Origin: an uncultured archaeon
GTDB lineage: Archaea > Altiarchaeota > Altiarchaeia > IMC4 > SCGC-AAA252-I15
Direction: 5' to 3'
Length of the DNA: 59,292 nucleotides
Assembly: GCA_902384455.1 (NCBI GenBank)
Contig: CABMCB010000068.1
Coordinates: 1-59,292 of the forward strand
A program made the position numbers and the translations under genes. The notes beneath the pieces were generated by a model. That model was not told where the DNA came from. It made no database searches and saw nothing but the letters and a program-made list of their open reading frames with translations. Within the stretch, counting starts at the first letter, position 1, and the number at the start of each line of letters is the position of its first letter. This document shows, one piece after another, positions 38,058 to 48,665 of the stretch.

Positions 38058-38432
38058 ATGGTATTCGTAGGGAACCTCCGTAAAGGGGCTGTCAACCCTT
38101 CAGGAAAGAGATTCCGAGTGGACCGCTCCAGCCCACTCGGAAACCCTTTCTGGATGCAGTCTGAATTCCACAGGGATGCTGTGTGCGACGAATACGACCG
38201 CTGGTTCCACGAGTCCATCCTCAAGGGAGGTCCCCTCACCCCTCTTGAAAACAAGAATGACAGTATCCGAAAAGCATGGGATTACCTTCTCATGCTCCTT
38301 GACGAAGCTCGAAAAGGCGACATTGTCCTGATGTGCTGGTGTACTCCGAAGCGCTGCCATGCTCAAACCATTTCCAAGTGGATTACGGAACAGTTAGAGG
38401 GAACTACGAATGACAACGTACAAGGACTTTGA
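38058..38432 (+). CDS. DUF4326-like protein
   Basis: VDRSSPLGNPF...LMCWCTPKRCHA. Confidence 0.85.
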   Translation: MVFVGNLRKGAVNPSGKRFRVDRSSPLGNPFWMQSEFHRDAVCDEYDRWFHESILKGGPLTPLENKNDSIRKAWDYLLMLLDEARKGDIVLMCWCTPKRCHAQTISKWITEQLEGTTNDNVQGL

Positions 38433-38883
38433 GGACGCAGTTCAAGCGAACAAGGACAAGTGGGACCGTCGCTTCTTGGAAATGGCTAAGTTGGTGTCTA
38501 CCTGGAGCAAGGACCCCTCCACACAGACCGGCGCGGTGATTGTTCGACCTGACAAGACTGTTCTCTCCGTAGGATTCAACGGGTTTCCCAAGAGAATGCA
38601 GGACACCCCCGAACTGTATGCCGACCGCGAGGTCAAGTACAGTCGAATCATCCACTGTGAAATGAATGCGGTTCTCCACTCCCCTGAATCCGTCAATGGG
38701 TGCATCCTTTACACTTACCCGTTCGCTTCTTGCGACCGCTGTGCAGTCCACATGATTCAGGCAGGAATTTCCCGTTTTGTATTCCCCAAGCTACCTGAGG
38801 ATAAGGTAGAACGGTGGGGAGAAGCCTTGAAAAAGTCCATCGCTTATTTCAACGAATCTCGGGTGGACTGGACGGAGCTCTGA
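38410..38883 (+). CDS. dCMP deaminase
   Basis: WSKDPSTQTGAVIV, GFNGFP, HCEMNA, SCDRC. Confidence 0.93.
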   Translation: MTTYKDFEDAVQANKDKWDRRFLEMAKLVSTWSKDPSTQTGAVIVRPDKTVLSVGFNGFPKRMQDTPELYADREVKYSRIIHCEMNAVLHSPESVNGCILYTYPFASCDRCAVHMIQAGISRFVFPKLPEDKVERWGEALKKSIAYFNESRVDWTEL

Positions 38884-39131
38884 TGTCCAATCAGGGAAAT
38901 AAGTTCCAGATTCATCTGGTAGCCCTGGACGACGGAACACCTCTCGCCAGAATCATTCTGCAGAACGTAGCTAATCCGGACATCTGGCTTGATGTCCTCG
39001 CAACAGCAGATGATTGTGTACAAATTGGAACAACTTTCCTCAAAGCAGCCAGACAACTCAGAGAAGTCAGACCACCAGGGAGCAGTCCAGATGGGAAGAC
39101 AACCGACCCCCATGATGATGATGACGAGTAA
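38883..39131 (+). CDS. Hypothetical protein
   Basis: TGATG coupling, GGAG RBS. Confidence 0.6.
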   Translation: MSNQGNKFQIHLVALDDGTPLARIILQNVANPDIWLDVLATADDCVQIGTTFLKAARQLREVRPPGSSPDGKTTDPHDDDDE

Positions 39132-39537
39132 AGGTCCTGTAAGTTTCGACGAGTTCAAGAAAGCTTGGGCTGCAGGTCTTGTTTCGAACACGAAGCACAT
39201 GTACCTGAGTAACGGTGATATACACGTTATCGACGCACCTTGTGAATGCGAGAAGGTAGGGTATTCCGGATATTCAGGCGTAGTCGGGTACGCAGGGTAT
39301 TCGGGATACTCTGGGCGCTACGGGTTTGAAGATAAAACCCCCACCTTCATCAGTGCTTTCGACGGGCTTGATGAGTGCGGGCCTTTCCCTACACGACAGA
39401 TTGAAATCCCGAAGACCCTTGTGGATAAGGTCTTGAGTACCGTAGAGCCTTACAAAGAAGCTGCTCTGTCGTTCCTTCGCAAGCTCCTGAACATCAAGGA
39501 CCCCAAGAAGGTTGACACTCAGAATCCCTTGTGCTAG
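39112..39537 (+). CDS. Hypothetical protein with GYSGYSG segment
   Basis: VGYSGYSGVVGYAGYSGYSGRYG; start among four tandem ATGs. Confidence 0.6.
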   Translation: MMMMTSKGPVSFDEFKKAWAAGLVSNTKHMYLSNGDIHVIDAPCECEKVGYSGYSGVVGYAGYSGYSGRYGFEDKTPTFISAFDGLDECGPFPTRQIEIPKTLVDKVLSTVEPYKEAALSFLRKLLNIKDPKKVDTQNPLC

Positions 39538-39546
39538 GGTAGTTCA

Positions 39547-39996
39547 ATGGAATGGGTAAAGAACTGGTTTAGCAACATGCTCCCCGCCGACAAGGCCCTT
39601 GTCGACGAAATGGGCATTCAATACCATTCCACGGAGAATTACTACCAGGCAGCCAAGATGCCCGACCGTGAGAGACGCATCAAGATTGCTAACATGTCTT
39701 CGAGGGATTCAAAGAGGGCTGTACGTACAAAAGAATTCCGGATAACGCCTGAGCAGTGGGCGGAGTTCGAAACCCGTAAGCTCCAGGTCATGGAGGATGC
39801 TTTACGTCAGAAGTTCGCTCCAGGAACGTCCTGGTATGCCCAGCTCGTAGCTACTGGGGATGAAGAGATTGTAGAGTGGAACAACTGGAATGACCGTTAC
39901 TGGGGTAAGACCCTAGACGGGGTCGGGGAAAACAACCTGGGGAAGCTGCTGATGAAAATCAGAGCAGACCTTAAAGTAGGCAGCACATGTCCGTAA
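39547..39996 (+). CDS. NADAR (YbiA) family protein
   Basis: FSNM, STENYYQAAK, LRQKF, WNDRYWG...GENNLGKLLMKIR. Confidence 0.92.
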   Translation: MEWVKNWFSNMLPADKALVDEMGIQYHSTENYYQAAKMPDRERRIKIANMSSRDSKRAVRTKEFRITPEQWAEFETRKLQVMEDALRQKFAPGTSWYAQLVATGDEEIVEWNNWNDRYWGKTLDGVGENNLGKLLMKIRADLKVGSTCP

Positions 39997-42900
39997 AAGA
40001 CGGCATCATCGCGTTCCTGGTGGCGGTCAACGTGTCCCTGGCTGTTTATGCTTACAGCCAGCACGACCAATTCAAGACCGCTATGCGAGTAAACACACAC
40101 ATGTTCTGGGCCTTGAGTGACTGTAAAGGGCGGGATGTGAGCTTTGAAGAAATGGAACAGATGGCCCGGTCCTGGTGGTCCATGCACCAAGAAAAGAAAA
40201 ACAAGTGAACAAGCAAACTGAAATCATCCAGAAGACCATCATCGGAATCGGCATGGAAATTAGTGGCTGCGTCTTTATGGCGTCTTCTGGGTTTTTCGGA
40301 TGGTTCCTGGGAATTGGCCTATTCTTAATTGGATGGGTTATGGTTTCCGAGGCAAAGTGAGGACAAAATGGCCGAGCTAAAAAGCGCATGAAGAACACCC
40401 TAAAGCTGGTCATTGTCAAGTGGCGGGACATCAAGAACGAAGGTGCCTGGACTTCCAAGAAAGACTGGGCCACCGAGCTCATTCCTCCTGGCATAACCAG
40501 CGTAGGGTTTTATGTAGGTGAGGCAAACGACGCTCTTTACCTGGCGATGGACGTCGACGACGAAAAAGATGGTGACTTTGGAAGCCTTCAGTGCATCCCA
40601 AAAGGGTGTATACTGTCTGTGAAACACGTGACCCTAACCGATTGAGGAAAACATGGAAATCAAGCATGTAGTACTCACAAAACTCGACGGAGTCCCTGAC
40701 AAGGACGGCATTGCCTTCTCCAAGAGCGCAAAAGTGTGCGGTTTGCCTGCGAACGTGCCCATCAGGGTGGGTTTTGACTCCAAAGACCCTCCGATTGGGT
40801 TCGCGGATATCCGTTTGGAAGGCGATGTTCTTCTCGGTGACATCACCCTCACGGACGAAAAGTACTTCGATAAGAAGCTCCTGGACGTCATTGCGCCTGC
40901 TTTTGCAGGAAGTATCGTCTCCATGGACGAAAAAAGCCAGGTGAGCGAGTTCAAAGTGCTCTCTATCGGACTTGTTCTGGCCCCCACGGCCTCTGACAGA
41001 CACGTAGAACCCCTTGGGAAGTACGTAAAGTGAGAAAAATCGACGGGATTTACACCGAAATCGAGGCGCTTCACGAGGAAATCAAGCAGATTCGCATGAA
41101 GTGCACCCATCCGAGCTACAAAGTCGGCTGGCATTCGTGGCGAGTCGGCTCTATGAACCCAAAAAGACTCTGCACGGAGTGTGACGAGGTCCTTGAAGGC
41201 ATTACGGAAGAGGAAGCAAAGGCTCTTCGAGACGAATTGTACGGAAAAGTCGGACAATCTCCATCTACGGGATTCATAATGGCCACCGAAGAGAAAATAA
41301 AAGAGCTAAAGGACCTGACATGATTCCCATGGCGAACATTGGACTGGGCGTAGCGGACGGATTTCGGTTCCAGTTGGGCGCGGAACTGGCAGATGCTGCT
41401 CTCGGCCTCGTTGTTTTGCTCTTTTTAATCATCGGAGCTGTTGTTGTGGCTCTCATCTGCATGCCCACGGAGACGAAGAGCTCTCCGCGAGAGGAAAAGC
41501 CTCTCAACGGGACGTGGGACGTCCTTTTCCGGACCGGAAACGACCGAAAGAAGTAAGCGATGCCCTCTGACCGATTAAAATCACTGCTGGCTGCCCAGCG
41601 AAAAGCCAACCAAGACTATGTTTTGAGCATGATGACCCCTCCAGAGAGCTCAGACGATGCTGAAGCTCTTCAGCACAAGCTGGACGAGGCTAAGAGAGTC
41701 ATTGTTGGCTTGGTCGACAAGGCCTCTGTCTCATACAGCACTGGTCTGGACGATGGTTCAGTCGTTGTAGAAGAGGTCAAGAGGGTCTACGAAACCAGAA
41801 TCGAAGAGTACGAGGCTCTGGTTGCTGAGTATCGGGGCATCGTTGACGCACACGAAGCCCGGATTGAGGCTCTTGTAGAAGAGCTTCGCCGGAGAGGATG
41901 GCAGGGATGAGGTCAACCATCCGTGATTGGGAGTGGGGTGGAAAAAAAGGCCCTCCACCAGGAAGCGGCCCTCGTCCTCCAAAGCCTGTAGGTTTTGAAG
42001 AACCTCATGGTGAATTCGAGCTTACAAGTAGACACGTTTTTACCGGGGACTTTCAATTCAAAGCCGAGGATGTCATGTTTGGGAAGTACCGGCAACTCCA
42101 CAACTCTTTCAAGTCCTTGATGGGCAACTACCTTAAAACGGCTCGGTGCTTCGGGTATCCTAAGAGGAATGCCAAGATTAAAATCCATGTAGAAATGGAA
42201 CTGATGTAATGAATAAACTTTCACGCCAAGAACTTCTCGATACCCTCATGGCGATGAAGGATATCGACGTTTTGTGCCCCAAGTGTCAAGGGTGGGGTTC
42301 AAAAACTTATAGCAGTACAGCAACATGGCGTGGCGGCATCGGCGGTCAGGTGATGACCACCGACGTTTGTGATAAGTGTTGGGGTTCTGGTGATGCTACC
42401 AAACCCTGGACAGACTTACGAAAACTTCGCTACTCACGAAACACTTCCCCCAACCCAGAGCCTGCTCCTGGGGACGATTCCATGGAAAAGAGTCTGTAAT
42501 GACAAAGAACCAGGCCTACCAAGAAAGCTACGTACTCTTCGAGCGGGCTCTTCAAATCCTTGAAGTATCCGATATCTCCCACGACTACTTGGAAAGCGTT
42601 GATAACGTTTTCTCGACAACAAACAAGTACCAGAGAGAGCGCGAGAAGCTCGTGCGCGAGGCGCGTAAAATCAGGAAGGCCCTGCGTGGCAAGAAGGTAA
42701 AGCCTGTCAACGGGGTCTGCTGTAGTTGTGGATACAAGGGGAAGAAAGAAACCCCCTGTAAAGTACGCGAGGATGACACCCACTGTGAACATTGGTGGGA
42801 TGGTCCCGATATGGAGAAAGCCCCTTGAACCAACCTCCCGTATACAAGCTCGGGACTCGTCGGTGCACTAACCACCGTGGTAAGACCTACGGCTACGGTA

Positions 42901-44401
42901 GCCGCGAGATTACACTCGCGGGGCCCGCCTACAAAGAGTGGGTTATGCCCAAGTATCCAGACAGCAGTGACTGTTGGGATTACCAGCTCCGTCAGAACAT
43001 CGTTCGTCGGTGCTCGGACATGAACACTGCTTTCTGGGAAGGGGCTAAGTACACCTGGACCTCAACGCACACTCCACCACCTCTGGAAAACTACCTGAAG
43101 ACGGTGACACCACAATGAAACCTTCCACAGAAGACAACCCCCGAATCCTGGAGTGGTTCCCAGACGAGCCTCATGTTCATATTAGTGGGGCTTTTGCCTT
43201 CTGGATGCACGACACCTGCGGATACCCAATGGAAATGCTGTCTGATGCTGTCAACGAAGCTTTTAAGGATAGGCCTGCTTCCCGTCAGTTGGCCGTGTCT
43301 GAGGCCTACGACGCTTACCATCATACGGACTACGCGAAGAAGATGCGCGAGAGGCCTATGCTCAAGTTCGACACCCGCGAGGCAATGCAAGCCTACATAG
43401 AAGAGAGACTGAAACAGGCGACACCTCAATGACCAAAAACAATGACCAACGTTGCTACGACTGTCCGGATGGTTCCTGCGACAGCAAGAAGGCTGAGTGG
43501 TGCGAGATTAAGTTAAAAACTCAAATCACTAAGCTTGAGGAACAGGTTGAGTTCTACAAGGCGGAGTGGGAAAACGCGAAGGACTGTAGAATAACACCCG
43601 AAAGCTTCAACTTGAAGGTAGAGGATGCTTCGGGTAAGCTGCTGGTGTTTCACGCAGACACAAGTTCTATACCTGCATGGATGGGTACCTTCAAGGAATA
43701 CCTGAGTAAAAAACTCAAGGAAGCGGGTAAGCCCGATATCGTGGGTATTGTACTTCTCCGAGAAAGTAGCTCCCTGGAGCTTCTTGGGGACGAAGACCTA
43801 CTCAGAATCGGGTTGAAGAGGGTGGAATCCCAATGACAGACAATACCCCAACTGTGAAAGCCGAGGTGGGACAAGTCTGGATAAACACGACTATAGGGGG
43901 CAAGTTTAAGATAGTTAAAATCGTGGACGAGTCCACTCTGGAATACGTCAATTTAAACCGAAGGAAGTCTAAGGACAAGAGGCCTTTGCTGATAAGTAGA
44001 AACCAGTTGGAGAATTCTGAATTCTTCAAGCTGGTTGAAATACAGGAGCCTGGGAACCTCAAGAATAGAATCGAGGAGTTGGAGGATTGTCTACGAGGGG
44101 CTATTCTTTACCTTGAGCACGGACCCCCCATACCGCCTATGTCAGACCACCACTGCGGGCCTGACTCGAACTGCGATACGGACTGTGTGAACTGGGCCTA
44201 CTGTAAATGGCTGAACGACGCCAAAGGGTTACTTAAATGAGCTGCTGCGGTTCCTGTGGCATTGAAGTCCCTGACGGGCAGAGGTTCTGCTCCATGTGCT
44301 ACGGGGACCCATACTATGGCAAGGACGGATACTACCTTTCCGAGCTGGAACGTGAGCAAGAGGCCCTGCAGGCCTATGTTGAGGAGGAACTTAAAAGATG
44401 A
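39987..44401 (+). other. Run of about 15 short coupled hypothetical ORFs (e.g. 39987-40208, 40205-40360, 40388-40645, 40653-41033, 41030-41323, 41320-41556, 41560-41910, 41907-42209, 42209-42499, 42499-42828, 42825-43118, 43115-43432, 43429-43836, 43833-44240, 44237-44401)
   Basis: Mostly overlapping start/stop codons; several TM or CxxC proteins; 42209-42499 has DnaJ-type CxxCxGxG repeats. Confidence 0.65.
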
Positions 44402-44829
44402 GAAACCCTGCTTTCCGGGCCTGGGATACTAAGCTCAAGAAGTACGCCTGTGTAGGCTTCCACGTCATCGGGGAAGTCACAGCTATGGGCGGTATTGAGT
44501 GCTACATACGCGAAAACATCGAAGAGGAGAAGAAACTTGGTATCCCATGCGGCTCACTCCTAGAACGATACAATGACTTTATCCTGGAACAATGGACAGG
44601 CCTCTTAGATAAAAATGGTAAGGAAATATACGAGGGGGACATCGTTACTTGGGGACCTGATATTGGTAACTGGCCCGTAGTTTGGGGAACTCTGAAAATA
44701 GAAGGAAACTACGAAGACGTCGTAGGTACTGGATGGATTACCGGGGAAGATTACAACGATGTGTTTATTGACAGCCGCTGTGAGGTCTTGGGAAACATCC
44801 ACGAAAACCCGGAGATTCTTACGAAATGA
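44398..44829 (+). CDS. YopX family protein
   Basis: FRAWD...QWTGLLDKNGKEIYEGDIV...EVLGNIHENPEIL. Confidence 0.92.
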   Translation: MRNPAFRAWDTKLKKYACVGFHVIGEVTAMGGIECYIRENIEEEKKLGIPCGSLLERYNDFILEQWTGLLDKNGKEIYEGDIVTWGPDIGNWPVVWGTLKIEGNYEDVVGTGWITGEDYNDVFIDSRCEVLGNIHENPEILTK

Positions 44830-45172
44830 ACGTCCACCATCGGGACTGCCCTAAGGTACAGGCGTGGGACTGCGGCCCTGAAGAAGGTGTCTGGTGTCGG
44901 TGTCCTGATGGGTGGCCCAAGTCCCAGGAAGCCTGGGAAGAATGGTACCAAGCAGGTGGATGGCGGGAGTTTCAGACCCCCAGAACCTCAAACAGTGACC
45001 CATACACCCGAGAGGACTGAACCTTGCCTGAGAAGAAGCTCATTCGAACCGAGGTCTTTGCTGGATTCACACGTGCTATCGAATCCAGGACATACCTCGT
45101 TGACGGCAAAGAGGTTACTGAAACTGAAGTGGTCAGACCTCCCGGTGAAAAGCCCTGTGACGGATACGACAA

Positions 45173-45526
45173 GTGCGAACCATCATAGCGGGTAGCCGCG
45201 ATGGCTTCACCTACGAAGAGGTCTGCGAGGGCATCAAAGCCAGTGGCTTCAACATCACCACTGTCATTTCAGGTACTGCGCGAGGGGTGGACAACTACGG
45301 GGAGCGTTGGGCCCGCGAGAATGGTATTCCCGTGGAACGATACCCAGCCGACTGGGTCACTCATGGAAAGTCTGCCGGATACAAGCGGAACGAGCTCATG
45401 GCTTTGAAGGCGGGTATCGGAGGCCAGTGCTTGGCTTTCTGGTACAAGAAGACCCCTGGAACCGGCCACATGATTGACATCGCTCGTAGGTTCAAACTGC
45501 GGGTATACGTAGTGGAGAAGAACTGA
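45173..45526 (+). CDS. SLOG/YspA-like (DUF2493) protein
   Basis: IIAGSR, VISGTARGVD, PADW..HGKSAGYKRN, GTGHMI. Confidence 0.88.
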   Translation: MRTIIAGSRDGFTYEEVCEGIKASGFNITTVISGTARGVDNYGERWARENGIPVERYPADWVTHGKSAGYKRNELMALKAGIGGQCLAFWYKKTPGTGHMIDIARRFKLRVYVVEKN

Positions 45527-45540
45527 GTTATGAGGCTCTA

Positions 45541-46091
45541 ATGCAAAACCATGAAATGTTTGGATTTCCTGGAGAAGTAATCGCCATCTGTAAAAAGTGT
45601 GGGTTTATACTTACAATGGAAGATGCGCTTAGAGTACATTTCGAAGTTACTCAAGACCCTTGTTCAGGAAATCCGACCAAGTTATTTGTGAGTCACATTT
45701 ATCCAGAATTTAGTGACTCTCAAGTAAAAGAATTAGCTATAATGCCTTCCGGTAAAATAGTAGTGATGGTAGAGGACAATCCAGGATATCCAGAGTCTTT
45801 ATGGTTCTATCCGAACGGAACAAATCCGAAAAGTAGGCTTTTGTTTAAACACGACTTGGAAACTAATAAACCATGACCAACGAACAAGCCTATGAAAAAG
45901 CCTGCGACCTTTGGGGCACTGACGCCTGGGTGGAGTGGAGTGCTCCCTGGGACAAGACCCTCCTGGCCAGGCCCTACCGTGTGGGCGCGGGACGGATGGA
46001 AAATATGTCCTGGAAGAACACCCACTATGGAACCGGGGAATGCTGGGAAGAGGCTTTCGAGAACGCCGCTAGACCCACACGCCGAAAGTGA
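45541..46091 (+). other. Two hypothetical ORFs (45541-45876 AT-rich; 45873-46091)
   Basis: Coupled ORFs. Confidence 0.55.
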
Positions 46092-46094
46092 CTC

Positions 46095-46664
46095 ATGGCC
46101 ATATCTCCTAATCTCCTACGCACCATCGAGCCTACTCACGCAGCCCAGATTGAAGCCCTCCTGGAGCAGCTTGTATTCCCCGTCGCCCGTAATACCGTCG
46201 TCTGTCCCAATATCAGCCACGGCTTCTTCCGCTCCCACGAGTCCGACCTCGTCTGTGTCTCTAAGGCAGGTTGGCTCACCGAAGTAGAAATCAAGGTTTC
46301 GGCCTCCGACTGGAAGAACGACCGGAAGAAGTCAAAATGGCAGTCCGAGGATGACGCCGTCTCTGAGGAGCTCTATGATAGGCGAGTACGTAGGTTCTTC
46401 TTCGCAGCTCCCCTTTCCCTTGCGCGTAGATACCAGGAATTCAACATAATGCTCTTCGCCGGGGTCCTCGGCTTCTCCTGGGAAGAGTATCAGCGTACTG
46501 GAAGCCCCTACTGTGTCCCTCGGGTAGAACACATCCGACCCGCGAAGGACCTAAAGGGTTCCCGTAAAGTAACCGACAAGGAACTTCTTACCCTCAGCAA
46601 GCTCTCCTCCATGCGCTACTGGGGTCTACGCCAAGCTATGTCCGGAAACCCCTACAACAAATAG
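46095..46664 (+). CDS. PD-(D/E)XK nuclease-like protein (MmcB-like)
   Basis: HESDLV...LTEVEIKVSASDWKNDRKK. Confidence 0.75.
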   Translation: MAISPNLLRTIEPTHAAQIEALLEQLVFPVARNTVVCPNISHGFFRSHESDLVCVSKAGWLTEVEIKVSASDWKNDRKKSKWQSEDDAVSEELYDRRVRRFFFAAPLSLARRYQEFNIMLFAGVLGFSWEEYQRTGSPYCVPRVEHIRPAKDLKGSRKVTDKELLTLSKLSSMRYWGLRQAMSGNPYNK

Positions 46665-46671
46665 ACCCCCA

Positions 46672-46828
46672 GGTGGAACACAGGGCCCTCCTCGTATGGG
46701 ACCCTAATCTGGTTTTTCCCTGTCTTTTTAAAGGGGTGGGGGTAGGTATGTCTGTCTTACTCGCATAGACAGGGTTTCTTAAAGGTAGTCGGAGGAATAT
46801 CCACACCGCGCCGAGGAATCGTTCCACC
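46672..46828 (+). ncRNA. Candidate rod-shaped structured element
   Basis: Nested inverted repeats GGTGGAAC/GTTCCACC, TCCTCG/CGAGGA, CCCTGTCT/AGACAGGG. Confidence 0.35.
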
Positions 46829-46878
46829 CCTCACCAAGGTGCCTGATTTCTGACATGTTTTTTTAAGGGGGGCCTTGA

Positions 46879-47052
46879 CTAGCGCGGCCCTAACTTGGTG
46901 GGCGTGATAGCCTCCAACATATCCACGCCGTGAGGGTTCATTTCCATAAAGGCCTTGATATGGTCCGCAATGAGAATATCAAGGGCGCTTTGCGCGTCCT
47001 GCTTGTATAGTTCGGCTTGTCTTTCGCTTGTGTTAATCGTGCCTTGTGTCAT
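46879..47052 (-). CDS. Early hypothetical protein (57 aa, not in ORF track)
   Basis: Own TTGACA promoter, AAGGGG RBS, MTQGTINTSERQ. Confidence 0.6.
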   Translation of the reverse strand: MTQGTINTSERQAELYKQDAQSALDILIADHIKAFMEMNPHGVDMLEAITPTKLGPR

Positions 47053-47144
47053 GGCCTGCCCCCTTGGTGCGTCTCCCTGCTATGCTGTTATCCTACCCCA
47101 TACCCCACACCCTGTCAAGGGGTATGGGGTGGGGCTTGTGGGCC

Positions 47145-47567
47145 TTAGGCTATGGCCTCCTCCTTGACGGCCTCAAGGCCTTCGAAGGCCTCAACCGTTT
47201 CGGGGTTGTCGTCCACGGTCGGGGCGGCTTGGGGCGTTTCGTCCATGCGGTCGTTCTCGGCAAGGAAAGACAGGTCAAGGGCGCGGCCCATGACAGCGGT
47301 TAAGGGCGCTTCCGTGGTTTCGTCCGGTTCCACCATGAAAGGGGTGGAAGCGGCGCGGCGCGGCGTGTATTCCTTGGAAGGGTTACGCTTGGAAACCCGA
47401 AGGCCGAAACCGTCCTTATAGCCTTCCTTGAGGTGGGAAAGGTCCGTATCCACGGAAGGGCCATAAAGGCCCATGATGATGCGGCGCGTCCTTTCCTTCT
47501 GGATACGCTCCCGCTTGATGTTGTTACGGCGGATTTTCTGAACCTTGCGGATGGTTGCGGCTTGCAT
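47145..47567 (-). CDS. Early hypothetical protein
   Basis: Own promoter, AAGGGGG RBS; basic N-half, acidic C-half. Confidence 0.7.
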   Translation of the reverse strand: MQAATIRKVQKIRRNNIKRERIQKERTRRIIMGLYGPSVDTDLSHLKEGYKDGFGLRVSKRNPSKEYTPRRAASTPFMVEPDETTEAPLTAVMGRALDLSFLAENDRMDETPQAAPTVDDNPETVEAFEGLEAVKEEAIA

Positions 47568-47650
47568 GTTCGGCCCCCTTGGTTGGTTGTAGCCTTTCGG
47601 CTATGGTTGGACTATAGCGCGTCCCTTAGGACGTGTCAAGAAAAAAGATT

Positions 47651-47809
47651 TTATTTTTTCGCGGCCTCCTCTTTGCGGTTGTTTAAATCCTGCATTACTT
47701 CAAAGGGGTAAAGGCCTTGGGCCGTCTCAAAGAAGAAAAAATTATCCTTTTCGACCGTTCCCGTTTTTGCGTTGTAGGTGTACCATTCACCATCGAAAAA
47801 GATTTTCAT
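47651..47809 (-). CDS. Early hypothetical protein
   Basis: ATG 47809 (MKIFFDGEW) after AAGGGGG. Confidence 0.65.
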   Translation of the reverse strand: MKIFFDGEWYTYNAKTGTVEKDNFFFFETAQGLYPFEVMQDLNNRKEEAAKK

Positions 47810-47900
47810 TGCGGCCCCCTTTTGCGTCCTTCTAAATTCAAGTATACTCAAAGGGGTTGAAGTGTCAAGATAAAAAATGATAGAATGAATTTTTTTCAAA

Positions 47901-48135
47901 GGGGGCTAAAACGTTTTAGTGATATGGGAAAACTAAAACGTTTTAATGGAAAGGGGGCTAAAATCGTTTCAAGGTATTGAGGCTGACAAGGCACGGGCTT
48001 AAAACGTTATGAGGTAAGGACCTCGACAAGGGCGGGGCTAAAATCGTTTCAAGGTATGGGACGCGACAAGGGAAAGACTAAAAACGTTATAAGGTTGTGG
48101 ATAAAAAAGGCTTGCCCTAAAATCGTTCTTAGGTT
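47901..48135. repeat. Degenerate tandem repeat array (40-bp period) with DnaA box
   Basis: CGTT cores at 47912, 47939, 47965, 48005, 48045, 48085, 48124; TGTGGATAA at 48096. Confidence 0.8.
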
Positions 48136-48163
48136 TATATTGTGGTGTCGGTTATTTTACAGG

Positions 48164-48508
48164 TTAGAAGGGCAAGCCCTTTGCTTGTCTTATGGTATTT
48201 TGTACGGCCTCAAGTGTAGGCCGGGCCGTTATCCTGTCATGATAATCATCGAAGGCGTTTTCCAGGAATTCCTCGACATGCTCAAGGGTTTTCAACATAT
48301 CAGGCGCGGCCCCGATTAAATCAAAATCGGCCCTTGCCTGCTCTTGTGCTCCCGGGAAAAGGTGGAGGTTATACCCGCTACGGCAAACCGTGCGGTTTGT
48401 CTTGACACCGAAAAGGGTTTTCCCATCGGGGGTCACAACGTCGAAACTATCGCCGGGGTTGCGCGGGGGTAGGACCTTCCAGGTGGGGGCCGCTGTGTTT
48501 GTTACCAT
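48164..48508 (-). CDS. Early hypothetical protein
   Basis: LIGAAPDML, a common phage LIAAAPELL-type motif. Confidence 0.7.
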   Translation of the reverse strand: MVTNTAAPTWKVLPPRNPGDSFDVVTPDGKTLFGVKTNRTVCRSGYNLHLFPGAQEQARADFDLIGAAPDMLKTLEHVEEFLENAFDDYHDRITARPTLEAVQNTIRQAKGLPF

Positions 48509-48549
48509 GACCCCCCACCCCCTTTTTATTTACAGGCCTTGACTACTGA

Positions 48550-48642
48550 TTACTTCCACCGCTTGACTACTAGGAAAAGGCCCCCGTAAATCAGGATAAA
48601 CATTAACGGGGTGAAAGGCGCAAGGTTCGGGGCGTGGTGCAT
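48550..48642 (-). CDS. 30-aa hydrophobic peptide
   Basis: AAGGA RBS; MHHAPNLAPFTPLMFILIYGGLFLVVKRWK. Confidence 0.45.
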   Translation of the reverse strand: MHHAPNLAPFTPLMFILIYGGLFLVVKRWK

Positions 48643-48665
48643 GGTGTTGGTCCTTGTTTAGGTGC

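Noticed and set aside
42475-42828. MEKS/MEKA endings of two accessory ORFs as protease sites
   Set aside because: Better explained by purine-rich RBSs for the next genes
47950-48135. CRISPR array
   Set aside because: Repeats are degenerate, variable parts are only about 8 nt, and no cas genes are present
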